Of a stretch of DNA of 56,882 nucleotides, positions 28,546 through 37,880 are shown piece by piece (position 1 is the first letter of the stretch; each line of letters begins with the position of its first letter). The notes under the pieces were generated by a model that saw only the letters and a program-made list of their open reading frames with translations, was not told the origin of the DNA and searched no databases. This DNA comes from Candidatus Omnitrophota bacterium (lineage in GTDB: Bacteria > Omnitrophota > Gorgyraeia > Aquiviventales > Aquiviventaceae): contig JACPAY010000004.1 in NCBI GenBank assembly GCA_016180575.1, positions 1 through 56,882 of the forward strand, in the 5' to 3' direction. The translations under genes and the position numbers were made by a program.

Positions 28546-29352
28546 ATGATCGAAATCAGAGACCTCTCCAAGACGTTCGGGCACCTGAAGGTGCTGGACC
28601 GGCTGAGCCTGACGATTGAGGCCGGGGAGACGATGGTCATCATCGGCCGCTCCGGGTCGGGCAAGTCCGTGCTCCTGAAGCACATCATCGGCCTGCTCAT
28701 GCCCGACGCCGGCTCCGTGCGGATCGGCGGCGTGGACGTGACGGCGCTCTCCGGCGAGGCGCTGAACCGGCTTCGGATGAAGTTCGGGATGCTCTTTCAG
28801 AACGCGGCGCTGTTCGACTCGATGACCGCCTTCGAGAACGTCGCGTTTCCCCTGCTGGAGCACACGACGATGACCTCGGAGGAGATCCGGAAGCGGGTCC
28901 ACGAGTGCCTCCAGCTGGTCGGGCTGGAGCACGTGGATGCGCTCTACCCGGCCCAGCTCTCCGGGGGGATGCGCAAGCGGGTCGGCCTGGCCCGGGCGCT
29001 GTCCATCGGCCCGGAGATCATCCTGTACGACGAGCCGACGACCGGCATCGACCCCATCATGGGCGACATCGTCAACGACCTCATCATCGCCCTGCGGGAC
29101 CGGCTCAAGGTGACCTCGGTGGTGGTCACCCACGACATGCGCAGCGCCTACAAGGTGGCGGACCGCATCGCCATGCTCTACAATGGGAAGATTATCGAGG
29201 TCGGAAGCCCGGAGGCGATCCGGCAGTCCGCGAACCCGGTCGTCCGCCAGTTCATCAACGGCCAGGCGGTCGGCCCGATCCAGGAGGGGCTGCCGGACCC
29301 CGAGGTGCTCTCACGGTGGTGGGCCCGCGCGGGGGACAAGAGGGGATCATGA
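28546..29352 (+). CDS. mlaF: Phospholipid ABC transporter ATP-binding protein MlaF
   Basis: GRSGSGKSV Walker A, LSGGMRKRVGLARAL and ILYDEPTTGIDP. ATG 28546 chosen; upstream ORF residues are repeat-encoded. Confidence 0.85.
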   Translation: MIEIRDLSKTFGHLKVLDRLSLTIEAGETMVIIGRSGSGKSVLLKHIIGLLMPDAGSVRIGGVDVTALSGEALNRLRMKFGMLFQNAALFDSMTAFENVAFPLLEHTTMTSEEIRKRVHECLQLVGLEHVDALYPAQLSGGMRKRVGLARALSIGPEIILYDEPTTGIDPIMGDIVNDLIIALRDRLKVTSVVVTHDMRSAYKVADRIAMLYNGKIIEVGSPEAIRQSANPVVRQFINGQAVGPIQEGLPDPEVLSRWWARAGDKRGS

Positions 29353-30095
29353 AACAGCGCCGGTCGCTCGAGGTGACGGTGGGCCTCTTCGTCGTGGTGG
29401 GCCTCGTCCTGCTGGTCTTCTTCATCTTCGTGATCGGCGATTTCTCGACCGCCTTCCAGCCGACCTATCGGCTGCGCGTGCTGTTTGACACGGCCATCGG
29501 CATCAGCGACGGCGCGCCGGTGCAGTACGCCGGGGTCGAGGTCGGCAAGGTGGAGCGCGTGGGCATCCTGTATCCCGAGGATCAGGCCGCGCCGCAGGTC
29601 CAGCTGCTCGTCAAGCTCCCCGTCCGCGTCAAGGTCCGGGCCGACGATGAGGCCTCCATCAGCACGTTCGGCCTGCTGGGCGAGAAGTACCTCGAGATCA
29701 ACCCGGGGCCGGGAGAGGGCCCGTGGCTTGAGTCGGGCGGCCAGCTGTACGGCAAGCCCCCCGTGTCGACGGAGCGCATCATGGAGCGCTCCAACGAGGT
29801 GCTCACCGAGTTCAAGCAGACGCTGCAGGGGCTCAACAGCCTGGTGGGGGATCCCGAGGCGCGCATCTACCTCAAGGAGGCGGTGCAGGAGGCGCGCGAC
29901 GCGACCCGGCACTGGAAGGCGCTGGGCGAGCGGCTCAACCTCGCCATGTCCTACGCCGAATCCGGGCAGGGCAACCTGGGCCGCCTGCTCTACGACGAAG
30001 ACCTGTACCAGCGGATGGTCCTGTTCGTCGAGGACCTCCGCGCGCATCCCTGGAAGCTCCTCGTCCGTCCTAAGTCAGGAAAGAAACAACAGTAG
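29349..30095 (+). CDS. mlaD: MCE-domain substrate-binding protein MlaD
   Basis: N-terminal TM LEVTVGLFVVVGLVLLVFFIFVIG followed by an MCE fold (GAPVQYAGVEVGKVE). ATGA overlap with mlaF. Confidence 0.8.
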   Translation: MKQRRSLEVTVGLFVVVGLVLLVFFIFVIGDFSTAFQPTYRLRVLFDTAIGISDGAPVQYAGVEVGKVERVGILYPEDQAAPQVQLLVKLPVRVKVRADDEASISTFGLLGEKYLEINPGPGEGPWLESGGQLYGKPPVSTERIMERSNEVLTEFKQTLQGLNSLVGDPEARIYLKEAVQEARDATRHWKALGERLNLAMSYAESGQGNLGRLLYDEDLYQRMVLFVEDLRAHPWKLLVRPKSGKKQQ

Positions 30096-30154
30096 CCATC
30101 AGCTTTCAGCAAGAGCCGTGTTGTGCTGACAGCTGAAGGCTGAACGCTGACAGC
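30096..30154. repeat. GCTGACAG-type hairpin
   Basis: CCATCAGCTTTCAGC-14 nt-GCTGACAGCTGAAGG (13 of 15 positions pair), then CTGAACGCTGACAGC. Lies between mlaD and radA. Confidence 0.7.
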
Positions 30155-30160
30155 CCGTTC

Positions 30161-31522
30161 ATGCCGAAGCTCAAGACCCTCTACATCTGCCAGCAATGCG
30201 GCCACCAGTCCATCAAGTGGGCCGGCCGCTGCCCGGGCTGCGGCGAGTGGAACGCGTTGGTCGAGGAGGTGGTCGAGCCGCTGGGCTCGTCCGGCAGCCG
30301 CCCGCTCGATGCCGTCGCGACCACGCCGCTGGCGGAGGTGACGCTGGATGACGCGGTGCGCGTGCGCACGGGCCTGGGCGAGTTTGACCGCGTGCTGGGC
30401 GGCGGGATCGTCCCCGGCTCCGTCACCCTCGTCGGCGGGGAGCCGGGGATCGGGAAGTCCACGCTCCTGCTTAGCGTCGCCGGCGCCCTGGCGGCGTCGG
30501 GCCAGACGGTGCTGTATGTGAGCGGCGAGGAGTCGCTGCGCCAGACGAAGCTGCGCGCGATGCGCCTCGGCCTGAGCGGATCCCCGGTGCGGCTGCTGGC
30601 GCACACCCAACTTGAGGTGATCGCAGGGGCCATCGCGCAGCTGGCGCCGCAGGTCGTCATCGTCGACTCCATCCAGGTCATCGAGGCCGAGGCCTTGAAT
30701 TCCGCGCCCGGCTCCATCGGCCAAGTGCGCGCCTGCGCCCAGGCGCTGGTCCGGCTCATGAAGGCCGGCCACAGCGCGCTGTTCCTGGTCGGCCACGTGA
30801 CGAAGGACGGCTACCTGGCCGGCCCAAAAGTCCTGGAGCACCTCGTGGACACGGTGCTGTATTTCGAGGGGGAGCCCACCAGCGGCTTCCGGCTCCTGCG
30901 CTCCACGAAGAACCGGTTCGGCGCCACCCATGAGCTGGGCGTCTTCCACATGACGGCGGAGGGCCTCGTGGAGGTGCCGAACCCGTCGGAGCTGTTCGTG
31001 AGCGATCCCGCCTCCGGCGCGATGCCGGGCTGCATGGTGGGGGTCAGCCTGGAGGGCAGCCGGCCCCTGCTGGTTGAGGTGCAGGCGCTGACGAGCCCGT
31101 GCGGGATCGGGCTGCCGCGCCGCCGGACGACGGGGGTGGACTTCAACCGGCTCTCCATGCTGCTCGCGGTCCTTGAGCGGCGCGTCGGCCTGCACCAGCT
31201 CGCGCAGCAGGACGTCTTCGTCTCGTCGCTCGGCGGCGTGCGGCTGCTGGAGCCGGCGGCGGACCTGGCCGTCGCCATCGCGATCGCGTCCAGCCTCAAG
31301 GAGCGCCCGACGAGCCGGCGGGACCTCGCGATCGGCGAGGTGGGGCTGACCGGCGAGGTGCGCCCGGTCGTCAACGTTTCGCAGCGGGTCCATGAGGCGA
31401 AGCGGGTGGGCTTCCAGCGCTGCTTCGTCGCGGCCCGGCGGGGGGGTGCTGCCCGCATGGACGGCATTGAGCTCATCCCGGTCGCGCACGTCCGCGAGGC
31501 CGTCGCGCTGGCGCTCGAATAA
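30161..31522 (+). CDS. radA: DNA repair protein RadA/Sms
   Basis: N-terminal zinc finger CQQCG...CPGCGEW, Walker A GGEPGIGKST, KNRFG motif and a Lon-like C-terminal domain. Confidence 0.93.
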   Translation: MPKLKTLYICQQCGHQSIKWAGRCPGCGEWNALVEEVVEPLGSSGSRPLDAVATTPLAEVTLDDAVRVRTGLGEFDRVLGGGIVPGSVTLVGGEPGIGKSTLLLSVAGALAASGQTVLYVSGEESLRQTKLRAMRLGLSGSPVRLLAHTQLEVIAGAIAQLAPQVVIVDSIQVIEAEALNSAPGSIGQVRACAQALVRLMKAGHSALFLVGHVTKDGYLAGPKVLEHLVDTVLYFEGEPTSGFRLLRSTKNRFGATHELGVFHMTAEGLVEVPNPSELFVSDPASGAMPGCMVGVSLEGSRPLLVEVQALTSPCGIGLPRRRTTGVDFNRLSMLLAVLERRVGLHQLAQQDVFVSSLGGVRLLEPAADLAVAIAIASSLKERPTSRRDLAIGEVGLTGEVRPVVNVSQRVHEAKRVGFQRCFVAARRGGAARMDGIELIPVAHVREAVALALE

Positions 31523-31527
31523 TCCAT

Positions 31528-31610
31528 TTGCGTAATGTGGAATGCGTAATGCGTAATGTGACGCGACCCCCGGCCCCCCTATTACGCATTACCCATTACG
31601 CATTACGCAA
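31528..31610. repeat. Heptamer-built hairpin (GCGTAAT-type), locus 2
   Basis: TTGCGTAATGTGGAATGCGTAATGCGTAATGTGACGCG ... ATTACGCATTACCCATTACGCATTACGCAA. The 3' arm is identical over 29 nt to 5421-5449. Confidence 0.85.
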
Positions 31611-31646
31611 AACTTGCGGCTTTTCACATTATTATTGGAGGCGATC

Positions 31647-32663
31647 ATGGACTTGCGGTTTGTGAGGGTCGGCTTCATCATCATCAGCGCCCTGCTGGGG
31701 TCGCAGGTGGTCGGGATGAAGGCGGAGTGGCCGCTCGGGCTGCGCGTGCTCGTGGGCGCGGCGTCCGGCGGGGTCCTGGTGGCGCTCGAGGCGGCGATCC
31801 ACCGGATCGGCCGCGTCTCGGTCCGCGGCTTCTCCGCCGCGGTGTTCGGGCTGCTCTTCGGGCTCATCATGGCGAAGCTCGTGTCGGATGCCGTGACGCT
31901 GATCCCGCTCGATGTCGGCACGGTGGCGATCGTGCGCGTGGCGCTCACCTGGGCGTTCTGCTACCTCGGCATGGCCATGGCGCTGCGGGGGCGCGATGAG
32001 TTCAGCGTCATCATCCCCTACGTGCGCCTCGCCCGTTCCGACCGCGCCGAGGAGGCCTACCTCGTGGACACCAGCGCCGTCATCGACGGGCGCCTGGTGG
32101 ACCTGTGCAAGACGCGGTTCCTCGAGGGGCGCCTGATCATCCCCCGCTTCGTGCTGAAGGAGCTGCAGGCCGTGGCGGACAGCTCCGACCCGATCAAGCG
32201 CAACCGCGGCCGGCGGGGCCTGGAGGTGCTCAACCAGCTGCGGCAGCTGGGGACCGTGGACGTGCGCATCCACGAGGAGGACCTGCCCGGGATCGCCGAG
32301 ACGGACGCCAAGCTCGTCAAGCTCGCCCAGATGCTGGGGACCCGCGTCATCACCAACGACTACAACCTCAACAAGGTGGCCGAGCTGCAGAACGTCAGCG
32401 TCCTGAACGTCAACGAGCTCGCCCAGGCGCTGCGGCCCGTCGTGCTGCCGGGCGAGACGCTCGAGGTGAAGCCGATCAAGGAGGGGAAGGAGCACCACCA
32501 GGCGGTGGCCTATCTGGACGACGGGACGATGGTGGTCGTGGAGAACGGGCGCGCCCTCATCGGCCAGAGCGTCCGGGGCCTCGTCACGAGCGTCCTCCAG
32601 ACGGCGGCGGGCCGGATGGTGTTCGTGCGGCCGGACGGGACGCCGCCGGCGGTGAAGCGCTAG
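31647..32663 (+). CDS. PIN and TRAM domain membrane-anchored protein (YacL-like)
   Basis: N-terminal TM helices, PIN core (YLVDTSAVIDGR...VITNDYNLNKVA) and a TRAM-like C-terminus. Sits in the radA-yacL-ispD-ispF synteny known from Firmicutes. GGAGG Shine-Dalgarno before ATG 31647. Confidence 0.75.
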   Translation: MDLRFVRVGFIIISALLGSQVVGMKAEWPLGLRVLVGAASGGVLVALEAAIHRIGRVSVRGFSAAVFGLLFGLIMAKLVSDAVTLIPLDVGTVAIVRVALTWAFCYLGMAMALRGRDEFSVIIPYVRLARSDRAEEAYLVDTSAVIDGRLVDLCKTRFLEGRLIIPRFVLKELQAVADSSDPIKRNRGRRGLEVLNQLRQLGTVDVRIHEEDLPGIAETDAKLVKLAQMLGTRVITNDYNLNKVAELQNVSVLNVNELAQALRPVVLPGETLEVKPIKEGKEHHQAVAYLDDGTMVVVENGRALIGQSVRGLVTSVLQTAAGRMVFVRPDGTPPAVKR

Positions 32664-32666
32664 ATG

Positions 32667-32748
32667 TCCGGTATCGACATGACCGGTATCAGATACCTGC
32701 AGGTATCTGATACCGGAAGGGCAAACGAGCATGATATCTGATACCGGA
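32667..32748. repeat. GTATC-N-GATAC palindrome cluster including a perfect 34-bp palindrome
   Basis: CCGGTATCAGATACCTG|CAGGTATCTGATACCGG at 32683-32716, plus half-sites at 32667-32678 and 32734-32748. The latter encodes ispD residues 2-6. Confidence 0.9.
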
Positions 32749-33447
32749 AGCGTGGCCGCGATCGTGCCGGCGGCCGGGGCCGGCCGGCGGGTCGGCGGGC
32801 CGGGAAGCAAGCTGTTCGTCGCGCTCCGCGGCCGGCCGCTGCTGGCGCATGCGCTTCGCGCGCTGCAGGCAAGCGCCTGCGTCCGGTGGATCGTGCCGGT
32901 GGTGCGAGCCGCCGAGCGAGCTCGTGTGCAGGCGCTGATCGCCCGCTATGGGATCACCAAGGCCGTCGCGCCGTGCCTCGGGGGACCGTCGCGCGCCGAG
33001 TCGGTGGCGAGGGGGCTCGCGGCCCTTCCGGCTGCTGCCCGGTGGGTGCTCATCCATGACGGGGCGCGCCCCTGCCTCAGCCCCCGCCTGGTTGATGCGG
33101 CGGTGCGGGCGGCCAGGCGCCAGGGCGCGGTCGCCTGCGGGTTGCCGGCCGCGCTGACGGTGAAGGCGGTCGATGCGCGCGGCGAGGTCCGGCTGACGCT
33201 GGACCGCGAGCATCTCTGGCTCGTCCAGACGCCGCAGGTCTTCCGCCGGGACTGGCTGACGGAGGCCTTCGCGCGGGCCGACGGCCGCCTCGAGCGGTTT
33301 CCCGACGACGCCGCCGTGGTCGAGTCCGCCGGCTACGCCGTGCGGATGATCCCCGGCGACCCGCTGAATCTGAAGGTGACCACCAAGGACGATCTCCTCT
33401 TCGCCGAGGCGGTCCTGGCGTCGGCCAACGGCCGGGGGATGCGATGA
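32731..33447 (+). CDS. ispD: 2-C-methyl-D-erythritol 4-phosphate cytidylyltransferase
   Basis: [12 protein letters not shown]...KLF glycine-rich N-terminus, VLIHDGARP and QTPQVFR motifs. Confidence 0.9.
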   Translation: MISDTGSVAAIVPAAGAGRRVGGPGSKLFVALRGRPLLAHALRALQASACVRWIVPVVRAAERARVQALIARYGITKAVAPCLGGPSRAESVARGLAALPAAARWVLIHDGARPCLSPRLVDAAVRAARRQGAVACGLPAALTVKAVDARGEVRLTLDREHLWLVQTPQVFRRDWLTEAFARADGRLERFPDDAAVVESAGYAVRMIPGDPLNLKVTTKDDLLFAEAVLASANGRGMR

Positions 33448-33932
33448 GGGTGGGCATCGGCTACGACGTGCACCGGTTCAACGGGAAGCGGCCGCTGAAG
33501 CTCGGCGGCGTCACGATCCCGTCGGCCAAGGGGCTGGCGGGCCACTCGGATGCCGACGTCCTGCTGCACGCGGTGGCGGATGCGCTGTTCGGCGCCGTCG
33601 GCGCGCCGGACATCGGGGAGCAGTTCCCGCCCGGCGACCCGCGCTACCGCCAGGCGGACAGCCGGCGGTTCGTCCAGGCCGCCGTGTCGGCCGCCCGGCG
33701 GCAGGGGTGGTCGGTCGGCAACGTGGACGCGACGGTGGTCGCCGATTCACCGCGGCTCATCGGCTACAAGACACAGATGGCCCGCGCGATCAGCCGGTTG
33801 CTCCACGTGCGAGCCTCGCAGGTGTCGGTGAAGGCCAAGACGACGGAGGCGTTCTGCCCGGGCAAGGGGGGCATCGCCGCGCACGCCGTCGTGCTGCTCC
33901 GTCGCGCCCCACGGGGCGCGCACAAGACATGA
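33444..33932 (+). CDS. ispF: 2-C-methyl-D-erythritol 2,4-cyclodiphosphate synthase
   Basis: [11 protein letters not shown]...[19 protein letters not shown] motifs. ATGA overlap with ispD. Confidence 0.93.
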   Translation: MRVGIGYDVHRFNGKRPLKLGGVTIPSAKGLAGHSDADVLLHAVADALFGAVGAPDIGEQFPPGDPRYRQADSRRFVQAAVSAARRQGWSVGNVDATVVADSPRLIGYKTQMARAISRLLHVRASQVSVKAKTTEAFCPGKGGIAAHAVVLLRRAPRGAHKT

Positions 33933-34639
33933 TGACGCTCATCTGGATCGCGGGCACGCTGCTGGCGCTGGGGGTCGTGGTGCGCCTCGCCTTCGCGCGG
34001 GAAATCCGGGCCTGCTTCGAGCGCGACCCGGCGGCCCGCGGCCTGGTCGAGGTGCTCCTGACCTACTCCGGCCTCCATGCGGTGATCGGGCACCGGATCG
34101 CCCACGTCCTGGACCGGCTGCGGATCCCGGTGCTGCCGCGGCTCTTCATGACCATCGTCCGGTGGGCCACCGGGATCGAGATCCACCCCTCGGCGGCGAT
34201 CGGGCGGGGGCTCTTCATCGACCACGGCACCGGGGTCGTCATCGGCGAGACGTCGGTCCTGGGCGATGATGTGACCCTGTTCCAGGGGGTGACGCTCGGC
34301 GGCACGGGGAAGGAGCGGGGCAAGCGGCACCCCACGATCGGCCACCGGGTCGTCATCGGCGCCGGGGCGAAGGTCCTGGGCAACATCACCATCGGGGACG
34401 ACTCGATGATCGGCGCCAATGCCGTGGTCGTCCGCGACGTGCCGCCGCACTCGACGGTCGTGGGCGTCCCGGGGCGCATCACCAGGACCAAGGACCGGCA
34501 TTTCCCCGGGATCAACCTGGACCACACCCACCTGCCGGACCCGCTGGTCGAGCGGCTGGAGACGCTCCAGCACGAGATCGACGCCCTCGAGCGCCACTTG
34601 AAGGAACGCCGCAAGTCGCAGCCGGAAACGCACCACTAA
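33929..34639 (+). CDS. cysE: Serine O-acetyltransferase
   Basis: Hexapeptide-repeat region [48 protein letters not shown] overlap with ispF. Confidence 0.88.
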   Translation: MMTLIWIAGTLLALGVVVRLAFAREIRACFERDPAARGLVEVLLTYSGLHAVIGHRIAHVLDRLRIPVLPRLFMTIVRWATGIEIHPSAAIGRGLFIDHGTGVVIGETSVLGDDVTLFQGVTLGGTGKERGKRHPTIGHRVVIGAGAKVLGNITIGDDSMIGANAVVVRDVPPHSTVVGVPGRITRTKDRHFPGINLDHTHLPDPLVERLETLQHEIDALERHLKERRKSQPETHH

Positions 34640-34652
34640 GCCGCACAGCGCC

Positions 34653-36098
34653 GTGGCCCTCCGCCTCTACAACACCCTCAGCCGCGCCCTCGAGGACGTC
34701 CAGCCGCGGAACCCCCCGAAGGTCGGCATCTACGTCTGCGGCCCGACGGTGTACGACGAGCCGCACATCGGCCACGCGCGCAGCGCCTTCGTCTTCGACG
34801 TCCTCCGGCGGCACCTCCTCTACAAGAAGCACGAGGTGACGTTCGTCCGGAACGTGACCGACGTGGACGACAAGATCATCGAGAAGACCAAGCAAGAGGT
34901 CACAAAGTCACCAGGTCACAAGGTCACAGGTGACTTGAACGCGGCGTGCCGCGAGGTGTCCGAGCGGTACCTGGCGAGCTACCACGCGGCGATGGACCGC
35001 CTCGGCATCGGGCGGCCCGACATCGAGCCGCGCGCGACGGAGCACGTCGTGCCCGACATGACCGACTGCATCGCGCGGCTGCTCGTCCAGGGCGCCGCCT
35101 ACGAGGCGGGCGGGGACGTCTACTTCGCGGTGCGGAAGTGGCCGGGCTACGGGAAGCTCTCGAACCGCACGCCGGATGAGCTCAAGGCCGGGGCGCGGGT
35201 GGAGCCGGGGGAGCGCAAGCAGGACCCGCTGGACTTCGCGCTCTGGAAGGCGGCCAAGCCCGGCGAGCCATCGTGGGAGAGCCCGTGGGGCCGGGGGCGG
35301 CCCGGCTGGCACATCGAGTGCTCGGTGATGAGCATGAAGTACCTGGGGGACGCGTTCGACCTCCACGGCGGCGGGCTGGACCTGGTCTTCCCCCATCACG
35401 AGAACGAGATCGCCCAGGCGGAGGCGGCGGGCAAGCCGTTCGCCCGCCAGTGGGTCCATCACGGCCTCCTGACCGTGAACGGCGAGAAGATGTCGAAGTC
35501 GCTCGGCAACTTCGTGACGGTCGAGCAGGCGCTCGCGGATGCCCCGCACCCCGACTACCTCAAGCTGTTCTTCCTGAAAACCCAGTACCGCTCGCCCATC
35601 GACTACGCGCCCGCCAAGATGGCGGAGGCCCGGAAGAACTGGCAGGAGTTCTCGCGGTTCTTCCAGCACTACGACCAGCGCCGTGGCCCGGCGACGTCCG
35701 GACGGGAGGTGAAGTCGCGGCTGCCCAACCTGCTGGAGGCCTTCAATGAGGCGATGGACGACGACCTCAACACCCCCCGCGCCGTCGCCGTGCTGTTCGA
35801 GCTGGTGAACCTGGGCCACCAGGCGCTGGAGTCGCCCGGCGCCGAGGCGGCCGCGCTGGCCGACTACGTCCACGTGACTTTGCTTGAGTGCGGCATGACG
35901 CTCGGGCTGTTCCTCCAGGGGACGTCGGAGGAGCCGCCGGAGGCGCTGGAGCGGATCCTGGCGCGGATCGCCGAGCGGGACGCGGCCCGGAAGGCCAAGG
36001 GGTTTCAGCGCGCCGACGCGATCCGGCGGGAGCTGCAGCAGGAAGGGATCCTGCTCTCAGACACCCCCAACGGCACGTTCTGGCGCCGGGCGCAATGA
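34653..36098 (+). CDS. cysS: Cysteinyl-tRNA synthetase (carries an in-frame repeat-derived insertion)
   Basis: HIGH-type HIGHARS, KMSKS and the WHIECS zinc motif. GTG start. Confidence 0.93.
   Translation: MALRLYNTLSRALEDVQPRNPPKVGIYVCGPTVYDEPHIGHARSAFVFDVLRRHLLYKKHEVTFVRNVTDVDDKIIEKTKQEVTKSPGHKVTGDLNAACREVSERYLASYHAAMDRLGIGRPDIEPRATEHVVPDMTDCIARLLVQGAAYEAGGDVYFAVRKWPGYGKLSNRTPDELKAGARVEPGERKQDPLDFALWKAAKPGEPSWESPWGRGRPGWHIECSVMSMKYLGDAFDLHGGGLDLVFPHHENEIAQAEAAGKPFARQWVHHGLLTVNGEKMSKSLGNFVTVEQALADAPHPDYLKLFFLKTQYRSPIDYAPAKMAEARKNWQEFSRFFQHYDQRRGPATSGREVKSRLPNLLEAFNEAMDDDLNTPRAVAVLFELVNLGHQALESPGAEAAALADYVHVTLLECGMTLGLFLQGTSEEPPEALERILARIAERDAARKAKGFQRADAIRRELQQEGILLSDTPNGTFWRRAQ
34899..34934. 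repeat. GTCACNNN octamer tandem repeat inside cysS
   Basis: GTCACAAA GTCACCAG GTCACAAG GTCACAGG TGAC; 36 nt, in frame, encoding VTKSPGHKVTGD. Same unit as 48138-48229. Confidence 0.85.
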
Positions 36099-36111
36099 GC
36101 GAGACGACGTT

Positions 36112-36210
36112 GGCCGCGGGTCCTGCCGCGCCGCCACCCCGTCGGCTGTCCTCGGCCTGGTCGGCCTGCGGGCAGGCGACGGGGGCCCCGGCTCCGCGTC
36201 ACCCGCGGCC
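36112..36210 (+). repeat. GC-rich hairpin element, copy D
   Basis: Same arms as copy B, with CCCCGTCGG / GGCGACGGGG and apical GGCCTGGTCGGCC. Lies between cysS and tmk. Confidence 0.9.
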
Positions 36211-36222
36211 TTTCCGCATGGC

Positions 36223-36840
36223 CTGTTCATTACCCTCGAAGGCCCGGAGGGCTCGGGCAAGTCCAGCCAGGCCCGGTGGCTCGCGCAGGCGCTCGCGCGC
36301 GACGGCTGCCGCGTGACGCGGCTGTGCGACCCGGGCTCGACGGCACTGGGGCGTGCGCTGCGGCGGCTCCTGCTCGAGACGCGGACGGACCTCTCGCCGC
36401 TGGCCGAGGCGCTCCTCTTCATCGGCGGCCGCGTCCAGCTCGTCGAGGAGCGGATCCGGCCGGCCCTTTCGCGGCGGCGCGTGGTGGTGTGCGACCGGTT
36501 TCACGATTCGACCCTCGCGTACCAGGGCTTCGGCGGCGGCCTGGACGTCCGGTGGCTCGACCGCGTCGGGCGCGCGGCGCTCCGGGGCGCGATGCCGCGC
36601 CTCACCGTCCTGCTGGACCTTCCCCACCACGTCGGGTTTGCCCGTCTCCGCCGCCGGCGGGATCGGATGGAGCGCAAGGGGGCGGCGTTTCACCGCCGGG
36701 TCCGGGCGGGGTTCCTGCGCCTCGCGGCGCGCGAGCCGCGCCGGTTCGTGACGGTGGACGGTTCCCGGCCGGCCCGGGAGGTCCGGCGAGCGATCGAGGC
36801 GGCGGTGCGTCGCCGGCTGGAAAAGTGCCAGGCACCTTGA
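36223..36840 (+). CDS. tmk: Thymidylate kinase (start codon unresolved)
   Basis: The frame reads (G)LFITLEGPEGSGKSSQ (P-loop) ... DRFHDSTLAYQG. There is no ATG/GTG/TTG in this frame between the repeat and GTG 36313, which would delete the P-loop. ATG 36218 is one base out of frame. The coordinate given is the CTG codon. Confidence 0.7.
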   Translation: MFITLEGPEGSGKSSQARWLAQALARDGCRVTRLCDPGSTALGRALRRLLLETRTDLSPLAEALLFIGGRVQLVEERIRPALSRRRVVVCDRFHDSTLAYQGFGGGLDVRWLDRVGRAALRGAMPRLTVLLDLPHHVGFARLRRRRDRMERKGAAFHRRVRAGFLRLAAREPRRFVTVDGSRPAREVRRAIEAAVRRRLEKCQAP

Positions 36841-36847
36841 CGGAGTT

Positions 36848-37861
36848 GTGATGGCGTGGGCGGAGATCATCGGGCACGAGTTCGCCAAGCGGCTCCTGCA
36901 GACGCATCTGGCGGAAGGGGCGGTGCCGGGGGCGTACCTCTTCGCAGGTCCGGACGGGGTGGGGAAGCGCCGCGTGGCGCTCGAGATGGTGAAGGCGCTC
37001 AACTGCGCGGCGCAGGGCCCGCGGCCGTGCGACGCGTGCCCCGCCTGCCGGCAGATCAGCCGCGGCGCGCATCCGGATGTGCACCTGCTTGCGCCCGGCG
37101 GGGCATCCCAGCAGATCCGCATCGATGAGATCCGACACGTGCTCGGGCGCCTGGCCCTCCGTCCCTTCAGCGCGCGGATCCAGGCGGCCCTCATCGACGG
37201 GGCGGAGCGGCTGACCGAGGAGGCGGCCAACAGCCTGCTCAAAGCGCTGGAGGAGCCCTCCGCGCGCGCCCGGTTCTTCCTGACAACCGCCCGGCTCTCG
37301 GACTGCCTGCCCACCATCGTGTCGCGCTGCCAGCTCATCAGGTGCCGGCCGCTTCCGGTCGAGGCGGTGGCGCGCCTGCTGAGAGAGCAAGGGGTGGCGG
37401 AGGAGACGGCGGAGGCCGCCGCGCGGCTCTCTGGCGGGAGCGTGTCGCAGGCGCTTGAGCTGGCCGGGCGCTGGCCGGCGTACCGCGAGCTGGCGGCGCG
37501 CCTGGCCGACCGCAGCCCCTCCGCCTGGCTGGAGGGCGCGCTGCCAGAGACGCGCCAGGACGTCGCCCGGTTCCTCGACGGGCTGATGGACTGGCTGCGC
37601 GATGTGGCCGTGACGGCGGCGGGCGGGCCGCAGTGGGTCCGGCAGAGAGACCACGCCGAGGCGCTGCGACGAGCCGCGGCGGCCATCGACCTGGACCGGT
37701 GCCTCAAGCTCGCATGGGAGCTGGTGAGCCTGCGCGAGTCGGTGGACCAGTTCGTGAGCCCTCGATTGGTGGCCAGCCTGGCGAGGGAAAAGTGGCTGGA
37801 GCTGCAGAAGAGCGGGGACACGTCCATTTTTCGCTCCCCGGAACGCGATAGCGAAAAATAG
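36848..37861 (+). CDS. holB: DNA polymerase III delta-prime subunit
   Basis: YLFAGPDGVGKRRVA, the zinc module CDACPACRQISRGAHPDV, and SRCQ. Follows tmk, which is conserved tmk-holB synteny. Confidence 0.88.
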   Translation: MMAWAEIIGHEFAKRLLQTHLAEGAVPGAYLFAGPDGVGKRRVALEMVKALNCAAQGPRPCDACPACRQISRGAHPDVHLLAPGGASQQIRIDEIRHVLGRLALRPFSARIQAALIDGAERLTEEAANSLLKALEEPSARARFFLTTARLSDCLPTIVSRCQLIRCRPLPVEAVARLLREQGVAEETAEAAARLSGGSVSQALELAGRWPAYRELAARLADRSPSAWLEGALPETRQDVARFLDGLMDWLRDVAVTAAGGPQWVRQRDHAEALRRAAAAIDLDRCLKLAWELVSLRESVDQFVSPRLVASLAREKWLELQKSGDTSIFRSPERDSEK

Positions 37862-37871
37862 ACGCGTCCCC
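37814..37871. repeat. GGGGAC...CATTTTT / AAAAATAG...GTCCCC hairpin over the holB stop
   Basis: GGGGACACGTCCATTTTTCGC-16 nt-GCGAAAAATAGACGCGTCCCC (2 mismatches). The holB stop TAG 37859-37861 lies in the 3' arm. Confidence 0.85.
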
Positions 37872-37880
37872 TACGCTGCG

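Noticed and set aside
36218-36316. 33-codon ORF from ATG 36218 (MACSLPSKARRARASPARPGG...).
   Set aside because: It is the +1 frame of the tmk P-loop region and encodes a low-complexity Arg/Ala/Ser peptide. More likely it marks the displaced tmk start codon than a real gene.
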